Below, in pieces: positions 27,891 through 37,259 of a stretch of 40,071 nt of DNA. Both the position numbers and the translations under genes were made by a program. The DNA comes from a virus (Duplodnaviria > Caudoviricetes), in the IMG/VR virus record IMGVR_UViG_3300035562_000123, positions 1 through 40,071 of that record; one strand, written 5' to 3'. A model generated the notes under the pieces. The model did no database searches. It saw only the letters and a program-made list of their open reading frames with translations, and had not been told where the DNA came from. Numbering within the stretch: position 1 is the first letter of the stretch; each line of letters begins with the position of its first letter.

Positions 27891-28673
27891 TCACTTTGTT
27901 ATTTTGTTGAATACAGACGCAGCCACACCTTCTTCAATGTCGCATTTCGCTACCAGCGCCTCATAGAAGGGCTTCCAGTTGCGCGACCATGATGATTGTG
28001 TCAGTTCGGGGAGCAGCGCTGTAATCGCCTTATAAGCCACAGATGAAGGCATGCGGCTAAAGCCTTTTCCGCCACAGCGTTCGCAGTCCTTGATGACCGG
28101 TGCGCCGCTGGCTTTGGTTGCCACCCGGTCGAGCGCCTTACCCGTCCCCTTGCAGTTCCGGCAGCGTTTATGGATTTTTCCCTTACCGTTGCAGGTCTGG
28201 CATAACTCGCGCACCACCTGGCGCTTCGTTGTCGGCGGTATTTTCTCTTCGCCATCCATACCGACATAACCCGGGTAGGTCACGACATCACGCTCAACCT
28301 CCACCAGCCCCTCGCCGTGACAATCGTGACAGGTCACGCTGGCGCCGGCGGAGTGCGAGTATTCCTCGTAGGCCAGTGCGGCCAGAATTTGCATGCAACG
28401 AGCCATGCGCCGGCCGGCGACTTTCCCGACGTGCTTAGGGGCCTTGCGCATCGCGTACTGCGTCAACTCTGCAATTGCCCTTTCCCGGTCTTCGTTGCTG
28501 ATCCCCGTTTTACCCAGGAACGCCGCCATGCCAAAACGGGCTTTCGATTCCGCCAATCCCAACGCCGCCATAACATCGGTGCCGGTGATGCGGTCTGCTG
28601 ATGTGCACGTGGGTGAATCGGTAATTGCCAAACCCTGCGGGCTGAAGTGCTTTAACGCCGCTTCCAGTCTCAT
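27891..28673 (-). CDS. Q: Late antitermination protein Q (Zn-finger type)
   Basis: MRLEAALKHFSP, TDVMAALG, four CxxCxGxG repeats, WSRNWKPFYE; upstream of pR'. Confidence 0.9.
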   Translation of the reverse strand: MRLEAALKHFSPQGLAITDSPTCTSADRITGTDVMAALGLAESKARFGMAAFLGKTGISNEDRERAIAELTQYAMRKAPKHVGKVAGRRMARCMQILAALAYEEYSHSAGASVTCHDCHGEGLVEVERDVVTYPGYVGMDGEEKIPPTTKRQVVRELCQTCNGKGKIHKRCRNCKGTGKALDRVATKASGAPVIKDCERCGGKGFSRMPSSVAYKAITALLPELTQSSWSRNWKPFYEALVAKCDIEEGVAASVFNKITK

Positions 28674-28774
28674 TTTTTCCACCTTTCACGCAATGAAATC
28701 AACGCACCAATTATTGCATAAATTGCAACATAACTCACTTCATTGCATTTTACGAAACGACACAACAACCAGCA

Positions 28775-29695
28775 CTAAGCCACTTCATGCATACCGATCA
28801 GATTCAAATACACGCCATCGCTGTCTGCATTCATATCCTGATAGCGCGGATATGTCAGATACCACTTCAGCACATCAAGCGCCTCAATCCGGGTAAGCGG
28901 CCTGATAGTTTCCAGCAGGTGATCAAGGTATTGCTCCCGATCCCACAGATGGCCATTCTCATTGGGGTATTCATTTGGATACAATTCCCTGAACGCGCCA
29001 TTGCGCATGGATGACAACCAATCCCAATATTGGATTTCCCTTACCACATCGCTCAGCGTGTAAGGCTCAGGCAACACATCAGTGAAGGCAAATTCTCCTG
29101 GCCCTTCTGCCATGTAATCGCAATAAATTTCCTGGTACACCCCATAGACTTCTTCGATGAGGCGCTCGGCTTCTACAGGTTTGAATACAGCCTCCAGGCT
29201 GCCAAACACACCACGCACGGCACCCGCTTTTTCGTACTGGGCCTTCGCCTGGTCAATGTAATGCTGCGGATTGTCCATCCACATGGTTGAAAACACCGAA
29301 GTCCAACCGGCCCCTTGTGCCTGCAGGTGGCGCGTGTAGTTCTCCTGCGCCTGCTTCGGCGTAATGGTCAGCTTTTTCAAGGCGTCTTCCGCTGCGGCAA
29401 TGTGTGCAGGCTCACCGGTCTTGATGACTTCCAGCACCCACAAATAGGCATCGGTCTGTTTATCGCCCGTAATTGTGCGCTGAGGCGGTAACGGCTTGGG
29501 CACCGCCACAGCCGTGATGTATTTCTTCTCTGGAATGGTGAAGAGCACCCGGTGTTCAGGATTATCACGGAACAGCCCCGACCGGCGGCAGGTGGTCTTT
29601 ACCGTGTTAAGGTTCACGCTGGTAAGACGTGAGATGGTTTTATATCCCTTGCCTTCTCGCTTAAGGCGCAGGATTTCGGCTTTCTGCTCTTTCAT
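28775..29695 (-). CDS. Hypothetical protein with N-terminal HTH
   Basis: ILRLKREGKGYKTISRLTSVNLNTVKTTCRR HTH; likely start MKEQK. Confidence 0.8.
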   Translation of the reverse strand: MKEQKAEILRLKREGKGYKTISRLTSVNLNTVKTTCRRSGLFRDNPEHRVLFTIPEKKYITAVAVPKPLPPQRTITGDKQTDAYLWVLEVIKTGEPAHIAAAEDALKKLTITPKQAQENYTRHLQAQGAGWTSVFSTMWMDNPQHYIDQAKAQYEKAGAVRGVFGSLEAVFKPVEAERLIEEVYGVYQEIYCDYMAEGPGEFAFTDVLPEPYTLSDVVREIQYWDWLSSMRNGAFRELYPNEYPNENGHLWDREQYLDHLLETIRPLTRIEALDVLKWYLTYPRYQDMNADSDGVYLNLIGMHEVA

Positions 29696-29752
29696 GCGTT
29701 GCACACCCTATGTTCAGCTTGTCAGGGGGCGGCCAGATGACCGCCCTTCTCG

Positions 29753-30097
29753 TTATTGACTCTGGCGCTTGCCGCCACTGCGTACCGTGCGGGCGCTGAT
29801 AACCGAGTCCGCCAGTACCTGATACCCAGTGTTCGTCTGTCCATCGCCACCGGTCCATTGACTGATATTCAGGATTCCCGAGACACTGATAAGGTCGCCT
29901 TTGGTGTGTTTCGCCAGGAAATCCGCCTGTTTGCCAAAAGCCGTTACCGCCAGCCAGAATGTCGCTTGTCCCTCTTCGGCACCGTGACACGGCAGTGGTA
30001 CGGCCATTCTGCCCAATGCCATCGAGTGCCCGTTGCTGGTGGTTTTGGTTTGCACATCGGCCACCAGCCGGCCGTGTGCTGCGATATGTGCCGTCAT
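29753..30097 (-). CDS. ssb: Single-stranded DNA-binding protein, short satellite type
   Basis: 114 aa; GRLVAD, FWLAVTAFGKQA, KGDLISVSG OB-fold motifs; no acidic tail. Confidence 0.85.
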   Translation of the reverse strand: MTAHIAAHGRLVADVQTKTTSNGHSMALGRMAVPLPCHGAEEGQATFWLAVTAFGKQADFLAKHTKGDLISVSGILNISQWTGGDGQTNTGYQVLADSVISARTVRSGGKRQSQ

Positions 30098-32808
30098 TAC
30101 ATGTCCTCCTCGGTGTCGTCAGGCATCATCAGCACAACAAAGCGCGGCTGTTTGCCATCAATCCTCAACGTCTTTTTGGTCATCCCTTTGGCCGGTTTAT
30201 CCAGCATGCCGGCATCTGCCAGCGCCTGCGCAAACGCGACAGGATTGGCACCGGCGGCAATCTCATCGCGGAACACCGACGGGTAGGTATGAAATATCAG
30301 CGTCTCAAGCCCTGGGCGTTCTTCCCGATACCCGGCCAAATCCCGGATTGGCAAATCGCGTGGGTCAGTATGCGGATGCGGCAGATAGCGGCTGTAACCG
30401 AAGCGTTGCAAAAAGGCTTCCGCCTGCTCAACCCAGGCCTTGGCCTCACGATTCCCCATGCCGAACTCATTAACCCAGGCGTTAAAGCTGTGCTGCAGCG
30501 CGTCGCGGCTTTCCTGTTCACTCCAACCCGTGAGCGTTTTCGACAGGATCAGCGCCCCCTCCAATACGGCAAAACGTGACGCCACTCGCCGAACCTGTTC
30601 GCTCGCTTCTTCTGGCAATAATCCCAACCACCGGCGTTCGGCAGCACGAACCGCATCAATAGCCGCCTTCTTCTGGCCGGCAAGCTGGTTTATCCACTCA
30701 CGTCCCACAACGCCATAGTTCTGTTTGCAGGCGTCACGCATTGCATCAGCATGTGTTTTGCCGTCGGCATAGCCGTGGTATTGCGTCGCCTTGGTGATTG
30801 GCACATTGAGTAGCCGCACCAGTTGCCCGGCGTTGATTTTCCCACCGTCGGCACGAATGTAGCTTTCGAGGTCAATCTCGCCGGTGCTGAACGCCATTGC
30901 GCGCCAGCGCTTGATATCCCGGTTGCCGCCCTCCTTGGCGCCCTGAATTTTGCCCACGCCGTTGAAGAGCGCATAGGCTGCCTCCGCTACCACCCTGCGG
31001 TTGCTGCCCTGGCCGATTTCATCCAGCGGCATAAATCCGTCGTTGTGCGCCGCCGCTTCGTTCACCAAGCCTAGCGCCGTTGAGTACCAGGTTAATTTCA
31101 ACGCATCGGGCTCACCGTAGACGGTACTGGCAGCGTTGCCGGTGGTGGTTTTCCCCGCCGACGAACCGCCGAACAGGTGCACCCCGAAACCGTCCGCGCC
31201 GGCGATGCCAATCAGCGGCGCAGCCAATGCGCAAGCAATACCCAGCATCATCGATGGGTTGCCCTTCGCCAGTTTGGCAACACTATTACGCCAGCTATCA
31301 ACCGTTCCCTTGACGGTATATCCCCGCGCAGCAGCAGAGCGTCCATTGAACAGCACCGGCTTTTCTGGTGTGCCCAACACTTCCCCGTCGGGCATGATGT
31401 AAGCGCCACTCTGCCAGCCGCTGGCGCTGGCAATCGCCCACATATCACGTCTGCCACTGCGCTGCAGGTGATCGGCAAGAATGGCTCGCAGACCGCTTTT
31501 CGAGGTGATCAGCATGCCGCCGGCCTTGAGTTTGGCCCAGCCGTCACGCTCCCCGATATCGCGTAAGGGAACCGCTTCGGTGCGCCGTTCATTACTGCCC
31601 TCCGGCATCCAGGCGAGAATGAGGTAACGCTCCGAATCATCCTCGCCCACGCCCACCACCTCGACAAACGACGAGAGCCACACCTCTTTTTCGACAACCT
31701 CCCCGCTGTCCTTGTCCAGCTTGGGCTCCACCCAGTACAGACCGCCACGGCGCCCGTCGATATAAGGCTTTAGATCGTCTTTCGTTGGACGGCTGTCCGC
31801 AGCGGTGATCTGAATACCTGCCGGCTGATACAAGCCATTGACGAAATCCTGTCGGGAAATATCAACTCCATGCAACTGCCGGTGGTCATCCCAATCGGCT
31901 TTCACCTCCCCCGGCGGGAGCGTGAGCCAACCATCAACGGCTTTTGCCGCCTTTTCTGCCGCCAGTTTGCCGGTGTTAACGCGTGGTTTACTTTGTTCAT
32001 CAACTTCACCCGGCGCATGCCAGTCATTGTCACCGGCGATAATGATCCGCGCTGCCGGGTATGCTTCACGAAACGCTTGCGCCACGGGAAGGAGGTTCCC
32101 GGCATCAATAGCGGCCACATGCAACACATCAGGCATCAGTAACGCCGCTGTAACGCTGGTGGCGTTACCTTCGGCGATCACAACCGTTTCAATCGCATCG
32201 GGTAGTGGCCATGGCGCAATAAACGCGCCTTTCTTTTTGGTGCCGGCCAGCAGACGCTTTTCGCCTGTCGGTTTGATGATCTGCGCGCCGGTAACCGCCC
32301 CCGAAATCGACCGCAACACCAGCACCATCGAGCCATCGTCCAGCAGGGCTTCGAAGGGGCTTGGAAGCCCCTTGTTGGCAAGGTAAAGCGCATCACCCGG
32401 ATGGGTTTTCAACAGCAATTCAGCGACACGGTCTGCGATCGACTTCTCGTCCCTGTCCTCACGGGCAGGTTTGACGGGCGGCGGCGTGACGATTGCCGGT
32501 ATTTGCGTTGAACGGTCACCGATACCCAGTACCCCGGCCACCATTTCGGCGGCTTCAGTGATGCCGATACGATGCGTACGCGCTACCAGGTCAAGACCAT
32601 CGCCATGATTCGGCGCATCACACTGACGGCAATGCCACTCGCCGCCGTCGTGATCGTCGATAAAGTGAAATCGGTCAGTACCGCCACAGACAGGGCACGG
32701 CCCATGCCCATCACGGGCGGGAACATCAACGCCACACTGCGGCAAAAGCTGGGACCACCCCCCCGTTGACTGGCGTTTTAGCTCTCGGATCAGTTCGATG
32801 TTACGCAT
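30097..32808 (-). CDS. Primase-helicase (Zn ribbon, Toprim, DUF927/Cch-like helicase)
   Basis: 903 aa; CPVCGGTDRF..CRQC, AEG..T, AGDND, DWDD, Walker A GGSSAGKTT, LDEIG, STGE. Confidence 0.92.
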   Translation of the reverse strand: MRNIELIRELKRQSTGGWSQLLPQCGVDVPARDGHGPCPVCGGTDRFHFIDDHDGGEWHCRQCDAPNHGDGLDLVARTHRIGITEAAEMVAGVLGIGDRSTQIPAIVTPPPVKPAREDRDEKSIADRVAELLLKTHPGDALYLANKGLPSPFEALLDDGSMVLVLRSISGAVTGAQIIKPTGEKRLLAGTKKKGAFIAPWPLPDAIETVVIAEGNATSVTAALLMPDVLHVAAIDAGNLLPVAQAFREAYPAARIIIAGDNDWHAPGEVDEQSKPRVNTGKLAAEKAAKAVDGWLTLPPGEVKADWDDHRQLHGVDISRQDFVNGLYQPAGIQITAADSRPTKDDLKPYIDGRRGGLYWVEPKLDKDSGEVVEKEVWLSSFVEVVGVGEDDSERYLILAWMPEGSNERRTEAVPLRDIGERDGWAKLKAGGMLITSKSGLRAILADHLQRSGRRDMWAIASASGWQSGAYIMPDGEVLGTPEKPVLFNGRSAAARGYTVKGTVDSWRNSVAKLAKGNPSMMLGIACALAAPLIGIAGADGFGVHLFGGSSAGKTTTGNAASTVYGEPDALKLTWYSTALGLVNEAAAHNDGFMPLDEIGQGSNRRVVAEAAYALFNGVGKIQGAKEGGNRDIKRWRAMAFSTGEIDLESYIRADGGKINAGQLVRLLNVPITKATQYHGYADGKTHADAMRDACKQNYGVVGREWINQLAGQKKAAIDAVRAAERRWLGLLPEEASEQVRRVASRFAVLEGALILSKTLTGWSEQESRDALQHSFNAWVNEFGMGNREAKAWVEQAEAFLQRFGYSRYLPHPHTDPRDLPIRDLAGYREERPGLETLIFHTYPSVFRDEIAAGANPVAFAQALADAGMLDKPAKGMTKKTLRIDGKQPRFVVLMMPDDTEEDM

Positions 32809-33410
32809 CAGTGCATCACCTCTTCAGGAAGCGGGCCGTTGTCAATCAGCTCGATGGCCTCGAAAAATACCAGTTTCAGCTTTTCTGTCGCTTCGATGCC
32901 CAATGGCGTCAACCACTGAGAAGAGCCTGGCGGAGCCACCATTTGTGCATACATCCTTAGCGCCATCTGGGTGCCTTCCTCTTCGCCCAGATGCTCAATC
33001 ATGGCCCCTTCCATATGGCTGGCTACGGCGAAACGCATGGCGCGGGGATGCATCGGCAAAATATTCAGATTCCCATTAACTTCATGAGTGAAGGATGCCG
33101 CACCGGTTAACTCAGTTTGGTAATTCCGCCAGCAATCGACAAAACGCCAGCGCCAGAACAGCAGCATATCGTCTGCCGATGGCTCCCCCATCTGACCACC
33201 CCAAAATGCCATTAACTCGGCGTCTAACAGACTAATGCTCACTTCCTGCTCATTAATCCATTTGGGAATATCTTTCGCCAATATTGTCGCGATAAACGCT
33301 CTGCCATGTTGTGAATGAACGGTAATATCCACCAGTCCCTCCTCCGACATGCCTGGCGTTAAAATAAATTCACCCGAGCGAATAATTTCAGGAATAGTTT
33401 TCGCTGCCAT
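32808..33410 (-). CDS. Hypothetical protein
   Basis: 200 aa; 1-nt overlaps with both neighbours. Confidence 0.75.
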   Translation of the reverse strand: MAAKTIPEIIRSGEFILTPGMSEEGLVDITVHSQHGRAFIATILAKDIPKWINEQEVSISLLDAELMAFWGGQMGEPSADDMLLFWRWRFVDCWRNYQTELTGAASFTHEVNGNLNILPMHPRAMRFAVASHMEGAMIEHLGEEEGTQMALRMYAQMVAPPGSSQWLTPLGIEATEKLKLVFFEAIELIDNGPLPEEVMH

Positions 33411-33778
33411 TAGTACATCTCCAGACCGAGGGTATTGTCCTGCGGGTTCTTTAACGCCATCTCTACCGCATTGCTCATTAGCGATGCCATAAACTCGATG
33501 CCTTCCGGCGATAATTTGCTGTTGTCTTTATTCAGCATGCCGGCATAGGTCGATTCCAACAGTTTGAGGCTGTTCGCCTGGCCGTATTTTTTGAAACACT
33601 CCACCTCAAAACAGTCTGTCAGGCAGCGGTGCACGGCCTCTGCTCTCAGTTCGCCAAGGATGACCTGCTGGCGATTTACTGTTACAGAGAACACCGGGTG
33701 TCCGCCGCTGCGGCGCTTGCAATAATCCACAAACGCCTCGGCAATGTGCTTGCGATTTAATTCAATTGAGCGATTCAT
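33410..33778 (-). CDS. Hypothetical protein
   Basis: 122 aa; AAGGA RBS; strong hairpin upstream at about 33789-33830. Confidence 0.75.
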   Translation of the reverse strand: MNRSIELNRKHIAEAFVDYCKRRSGGHPVFSVTVNRQQVILGELRAEAVHRCLTDCFEVECFKKYGQANSLKLLESTYAGMLNKDNSKLSPEGIEFMASLMSNAVEMALKNPQDNTLGLEMY

Positions 33779-33866
33779 ATTCCATCCTTACCGAATTCCG
33801 GCCGAGTGAAGCCCCCGACCGGCGTCGGTATTAAATTTGTAGATAGCGATTAATTAATGCTGGACG

Positions 33867-34172
33867 TTAGCGTTTCTTTTTCTGCTCACTCTCACCAATA
33901 TTAAAGTTTGCGGTTTCCGCATTCGTTTTCAGTGCGGCGGCAATTCCCGGCAGATGCATTAACATTTCGCCCAAACTACGCAAATCCTCTCGCGCATTTG
34001 ATTCCGAATAATTTTCACTGTCACACGCCCAGAAAGCCAAATTACCGATTGCGCCCAGCCCGGAAATGATGCCCTCATAGGCCGCGTCAGAGTGCTGGCG
34101 GATGTAGAACAGCGCATCGGTATCTTCTTCCTGCATGGTCGCCTGGGTTAATACCTGCTCAATATGGCTCAT
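33867..34172 (-). CDS. Hypothetical helical protein typical of P4-like/PICI early operons
   Basis: 101 aa; GGAGGTGAGG RBS; ATGA overlap. Confidence 0.75.
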   Translation of the reverse strand: MSHIEQVLTQATMQEEDTDALFYIRQHSDAAYEGIISGLGAIGNLAFWACDSENYSESNAREDLRSLGEMLMHLPGIAAALKTNAETANFNIGESEQKKKR

Positions 34173-34954
34173 GCCTCACCTCCGAAGATTTTGCGCAGAT
34201 CGACGCCGTACACATCCAACCACGCGCCCGCCGGCCAGGACTTGACACTGCCATAACGAGGGTCGGGCGCATCCACTGCCGTTACGCCTCGCTCTTTGCA
34301 CCATTTGCGAAGGAGCGAAAACTTAAATTCACCGCCGGTTTTCTTCTCTACCTTGGTGATCGTCGCATGTTTCACGCTTTCTCCCAGGCGTTCCTCAAGG
34401 TCTCGGCATTTGCGTGTGGCCGCGCTGAGTTTGCCAAGGGCTGATGCTTCGCGTTTGCGGCTGATTTGCGATTTGGTGCGTTCAGCATGGTCTGCACGCT
34501 CTTTTTCTGCCAGCCGACCTTTTTCGGACTCAATGGCCAGCTGCAGGATCTCCAACTTCGACAAGTCGGCCGGTGCGGGCAGTGCCTCACGACGAGTGAA
34601 GTAGAATTCAGCCAGGTCGTTGAAGTAGTCCCAGGCTTGATCGGTGACCAACATTTTCGAATGGTTAGCCGCACCTCGCTCTGTCCAGAGGAGCAGGCTG
34701 CGAGCATTCTTACCAACTAACCCGATAACTTCGGGTCTGTTCTTCAAGCCGCGAAGTTCACTTCCTTCCACTGTAAAAAAGTGCTTACCTTCAACAAACC
34801 GCTGGCGGTTGTTCTGGAAATTATCCTGAATGTTTTTGACGCTGGCGCCATAACCAGCTGCCATCTGCTCGGTGGTCACCACGCGCTGACCGCGATACTC
34901 GATGATCTGCAAGTCTTTAGCCTCGACGGCCATCAATTCGGTTTTCTTAGCCAT
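34169..34954 (-). CDS. ORF6N-domain antirepressor-like protein
   Basis: IEYRGQRVVTTEQMA, FVEGKHFF, LWTERGA motifs; start MAKKT. Confidence 0.85.
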   Translation of the reverse strand: MAKKTELMAVEAKDLQIIEYRGQRVVTTEQMAAGYGASVKNIQDNFQNNRQRFVEGKHFFTVEGSELRGLKNRPEVIGLVGKNARSLLLWTERGAANHSKMLVTDQAWDYFNDLAEFYFTRREALPAPADLSKLEILQLAIESEKGRLAEKERADHAERTKSQISRKREASALGKLSAATRKCRDLEERLGESVKHATITKVEKKTGGEFKFSLLRKWCKERGVTAVDAPDPRYGSVKSWPAGAWLDVYGVDLRKIFGGEA

Positions 34955-35180
34955 TGCACACCCCCTGTTCATTTTTCACCGTTGGTTGCTCACCGAGATC
35001 CAGCGCGTTAGCTGCCCGTTGAGTGAAATCCTCGGCAACATCCACCAGCGACATAACGTATTTCTGCATATGCTTGTCCTGTGCGTTGATAATGAGCTGC
35101 GCACAGCTCAGCAGATCCAGCGACCGCTGCAGGTGCAGCAGCACATCCTCATTCACCTGATAGGTGTAGGTCTTATTCAT
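34947..35180 (-). CDS. Small hypothetical protein
   Basis: MNKTY start after GGAGG; coupled chain. Confidence 0.65.
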   Translation of the reverse strand: MNKTYTYQVNEDVLLHLQRSLDLLSCAQLIINAQDKHMQKYVMSLVDVAEDFTQRAANALDLGEQPTVKNEQGVCNG

Positions 35181-35343
35181 CGTCTGCCTCCACACAGCGC
35201 CGGGCCGTCATTTCGATGATGTCCAAAAGCTCAAAGCACAGGCTCTTTTCCTTATCGTTCGCGGAAAGGTAACCGGCAGCAGCGGCCAAAGCCTGTATTT
35301 TGGCGAGCGCATCCAACGTATCGAGCGAACCAACGTTACGCAT
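35173..35343 (-). CDS. Small hypothetical protein
   Basis: MRNVG start after GGAG; coupled chain. Confidence 0.6.
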   Translation of the reverse strand: MRNVGSLDTLDALAKIQALAAAAGYLSANDKEKSLCFELLDIIEMTARRCVEADDE

Positions 35344-35536
35344 TTTTCTTCTCCCGGCGACGCTGCTCTTCCTGCAACCAAATGGCAGGCCCGTTGACCA
35401 AATCAATCGCCAGCGTGACTAGCGTGTTTATGTCCGTAATATCGAGCTCGTCAGCGCCGATATTCATCGCTACCAGCAACGCGTTTAGCTGATCTGCCTC
35501 TCGGCTAATCTCTGGCAATGAGGTTTCATGCAACAT
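35336..35536 (-). CDS. Small hypothetical protein
   Basis: 66 aa; GGAGGT RBS. Confidence 0.65.
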   Translation of the reverse strand: MLHETSLPEISREADQLNALLVAMNIGADELDITDINTLVTLAIDLVNGPAIWLQEEQRRREKKNA

Positions 35537-35747
35537 TGGCCACCTCCAAATCAGGGCGTTCCGGTGAAACGTGCCACCCGGCGCGCTGAGTCAGTTCGAT
35601 AAAAGTCTCGACCGAACAGCAGAAATGATGCTCGGGGATCGGCAAGTTCGATGTGATGACGCCGTTCTCCACGTACAACATCACGCGGCCGGTAGTACCA
35701 GGGTAAATGCCAAGCAAGGTCAGGATTTCAGGGGGGATGTTATGCAT
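35526..35747 (-). CDS. Small hypothetical protein
   Basis: MHNIPP start after GGAGGT. Confidence 0.65.
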   Translation of the reverse strand: MHNIPPEILTLLGIYPGTTGRVMLYVENGVITSNLPIPEHHFCCSVETFIELTQRAGWHVSPERPDLEVANVA

Positions 35748-36012
35748 GGGACACCTCCGGCGCGACTTGGCGCTGTTCGTAAACCCACATAAAGCCGTCG
35801 TCCGTAGAGAAGATTTGCAGGCGACAAGGTGCTGTAGTGCGGATTTGAGCGGCAAAGGTCAACGTCCAGCGGGGGAATTTGGCTCGAGCATCACTCTCGG
35901 TGTCGGCCTCAGCGCGAAGCACTGTCGGCGTAGAGTTGGGAAATTCGTCAGGGGTTCCTAGGAACAGGTATACGAATTTAGGGCGAGTTGGGCTATCATG
36001 TAAGCATGCCAT
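35740..36012 (-). CDS. Icd/Kil-like host cell division inhibitor
   Basis: MACLHD start after AGGAG; FVYLFL...AEADTESDARAKF...LTFAAQIR motif. Confidence 0.8.
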   Translation of the reverse strand: MACLHDSPTRPKFVYLFLGTPDEFPNSTPTVLRAEADTESDARAKFPRWTLTFAAQIRTTAPCRLQIFSTDDGFMWVYEQRQVAPEVSHA

Positions 36013-36033
36013 AGTGTTACTCCTGATAACGGT

Positions 36034-36074
36034 GTGGTTAGAAGCTCTGGTTGGACTGCAATCCACCGGAGCTT
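36034..36074 (-). promoter_or_regulatory. C4 target (a1b1/seqA-like) site in icd leader
   Basis: AAGCTC-CGGTGGATTGCAGTCCAACCA-GAGCTT-CTAACCAC hairpin just upstream of the icd RBS. Confidence 0.65.
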
Positions 36075-36100
36075 TGCTGTTCTTAGGTGCCGCAACACCA

Positions 36101-36183
36101 AAGTGGAATCCAGTATAGACGCCAAATGGATTCCACTTCAACCTTTTTATTGCCCCATTATTCCTATATACTGGATTCCACTT
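36101..36183. promoter_or_regulatory. Divergent promoter region with three operator repeats
   Basis: Perfect 17-bp inverted repeat AAGTGGAATCCAGTATA (36101) / TATACTGGATTCCACTT (36167), third copy TGGATTCCACTT (36127); TTGAAG-18-TATACT on minus strand. Confidence 0.75.
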
Positions 36184-36202
36184 GAAGCAAAGGAGTTTGG
36201 CA

Positions 36203-36388
36203 GTGCAAAGAGACCATGTGAATAACAAATCACAAAAAGTACAGGCCCGCGCCCCACATGAAGTAGTAGAAGCTATGGAGTCTGTAAAAGAAGAGGGTGA
36301 AACAACAGGGCAATTTATCGTCACGGCAATGCGAGGCGAGATCAAACGCCGACAGCGCAGGAAAGCCAAGGAATCACCAGAAGGCTGA
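36203..36388 (+). CDS. YlcI/YnfO-like ribbon-helix-helix regulator
   Basis: GTG after AGGAG; NNKSQKVQARAPHEVV...GQFIVTAMRGEIKRRQRRK. Confidence 0.85.
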   Translation: MQRDHVNNKSQKVQARAPHEVVEAMESVKEEGETTGQFIVTAMRGEIKRRQRRKAKESPEG

Positions 36389-36515
36389 CCTACGAAACTT
36401 TCGTAGTGCCGATCCTGCGGTTCTGCAATATACTGATAGAGCTTCTGATTGAGAAAGTAGTCGTCCCAAAGGGCAGCATTTGCGGTGCTGCCTTTTTCTT
36501 TCCAAGTGCCGGTCA

Positions 36516-37163
36516 TCATTTACACACCTCACCATCAGAGAACTCAAGCCCCAGCGTGAAAAAGATGAATTGCTTTGCGGCCCGATCCGCATTCTCGATC
36601 GCTTTCTTCTCTTTTTTTCGGCGGTGCATTTTCATGCTGCCCTTGGTACCGTTCTCCCGCTTTGAATATTCCTCCGCCTTAACGAGAAAATCGGTGATTT
36701 GTTTTACCGACAAATCCTTCAATGAGGCGAAGCTGAGGTTTTCCAAATCTAATGCCTGTGGCTTGGTTTCTTGCTCAGCAAGGTCCAGCAACCAAATGCG
36801 TAACTCTTTGGCGATCTTGGTACGTGAAAGCATGCCGATCAGGTGAGCGCCGCGAAGAGAGAACAAACGAACTTCTATCGTCAACTCACCGTAACTCATT
36901 GATTTATCCGAGACCGTCACTTTGGTCGTCATGCTTTCAGTAAACTCTTCCTTGTGGCGCTGGAAAATCTTGTTCACCTGCTTCACATCCGCATATCCGA
37001 GCAGCTTGGCCAGTTGCTCGGCCGTGAACCATATTTTCCCGTCGCCATTATCGAACGGAATTACCACCTGGTCGTGGAACTTCAGCTCGATGATATTGGC
37101 GCCGGCAGTGAATTCAGGGTGAGTTGGGGCCCGACTGAGAATGGCCGTATCTTTCAGTTTCAT
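36516..37163 (-). CDS. Bro-N domain antirepressor-like protein
   Basis: 215 aa; WFTAEQLAKLLGY and RLFSLRGAHLIGMLSRT..AKELRIWLLD motifs. Confidence 0.85.
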   Translation of the reverse strand: MKLKDTAILSRAPTHPEFTAGANIIELKFHDQVVIPFDNGDGKIWFTAEQLAKLLGYADVKQVNKIFQRHKEEFTESMTTKVTVSDKSMSYGELTIEVRLFSLRGAHLIGMLSRTKIAKELRIWLLDLAEQETKPQALDLENLSFASLKDLSVKQITDFLVKAEEYSKRENGTKGSMKMHRRKKEKKAIENADRAAKQFIFFTLGLEFSDGEVCK

Positions 37164-37259
37164 TGGTTATTCCTCGTTAAAGCTTTTGATTGCCGCAAGT
37201 GAATAATGGAGACGATTCACCGCAACAGCACGCAACAAATGCACACCCGGTATTCTTTA

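Noticed and set aside
36390-36406. Palindrome CTACGAAA-C-TTTCGTAG as terminator
   Set aside because: One-nt spacer and no U-tract; role cannot be assigned
37190-37235. Second C4-like RNA upstream of Bro-N (TTGCGGTGAAT...ATTCAC)
   Set aside because: Has only the 5' signature and a simple hairpin; no 3' stem-loop and no target found
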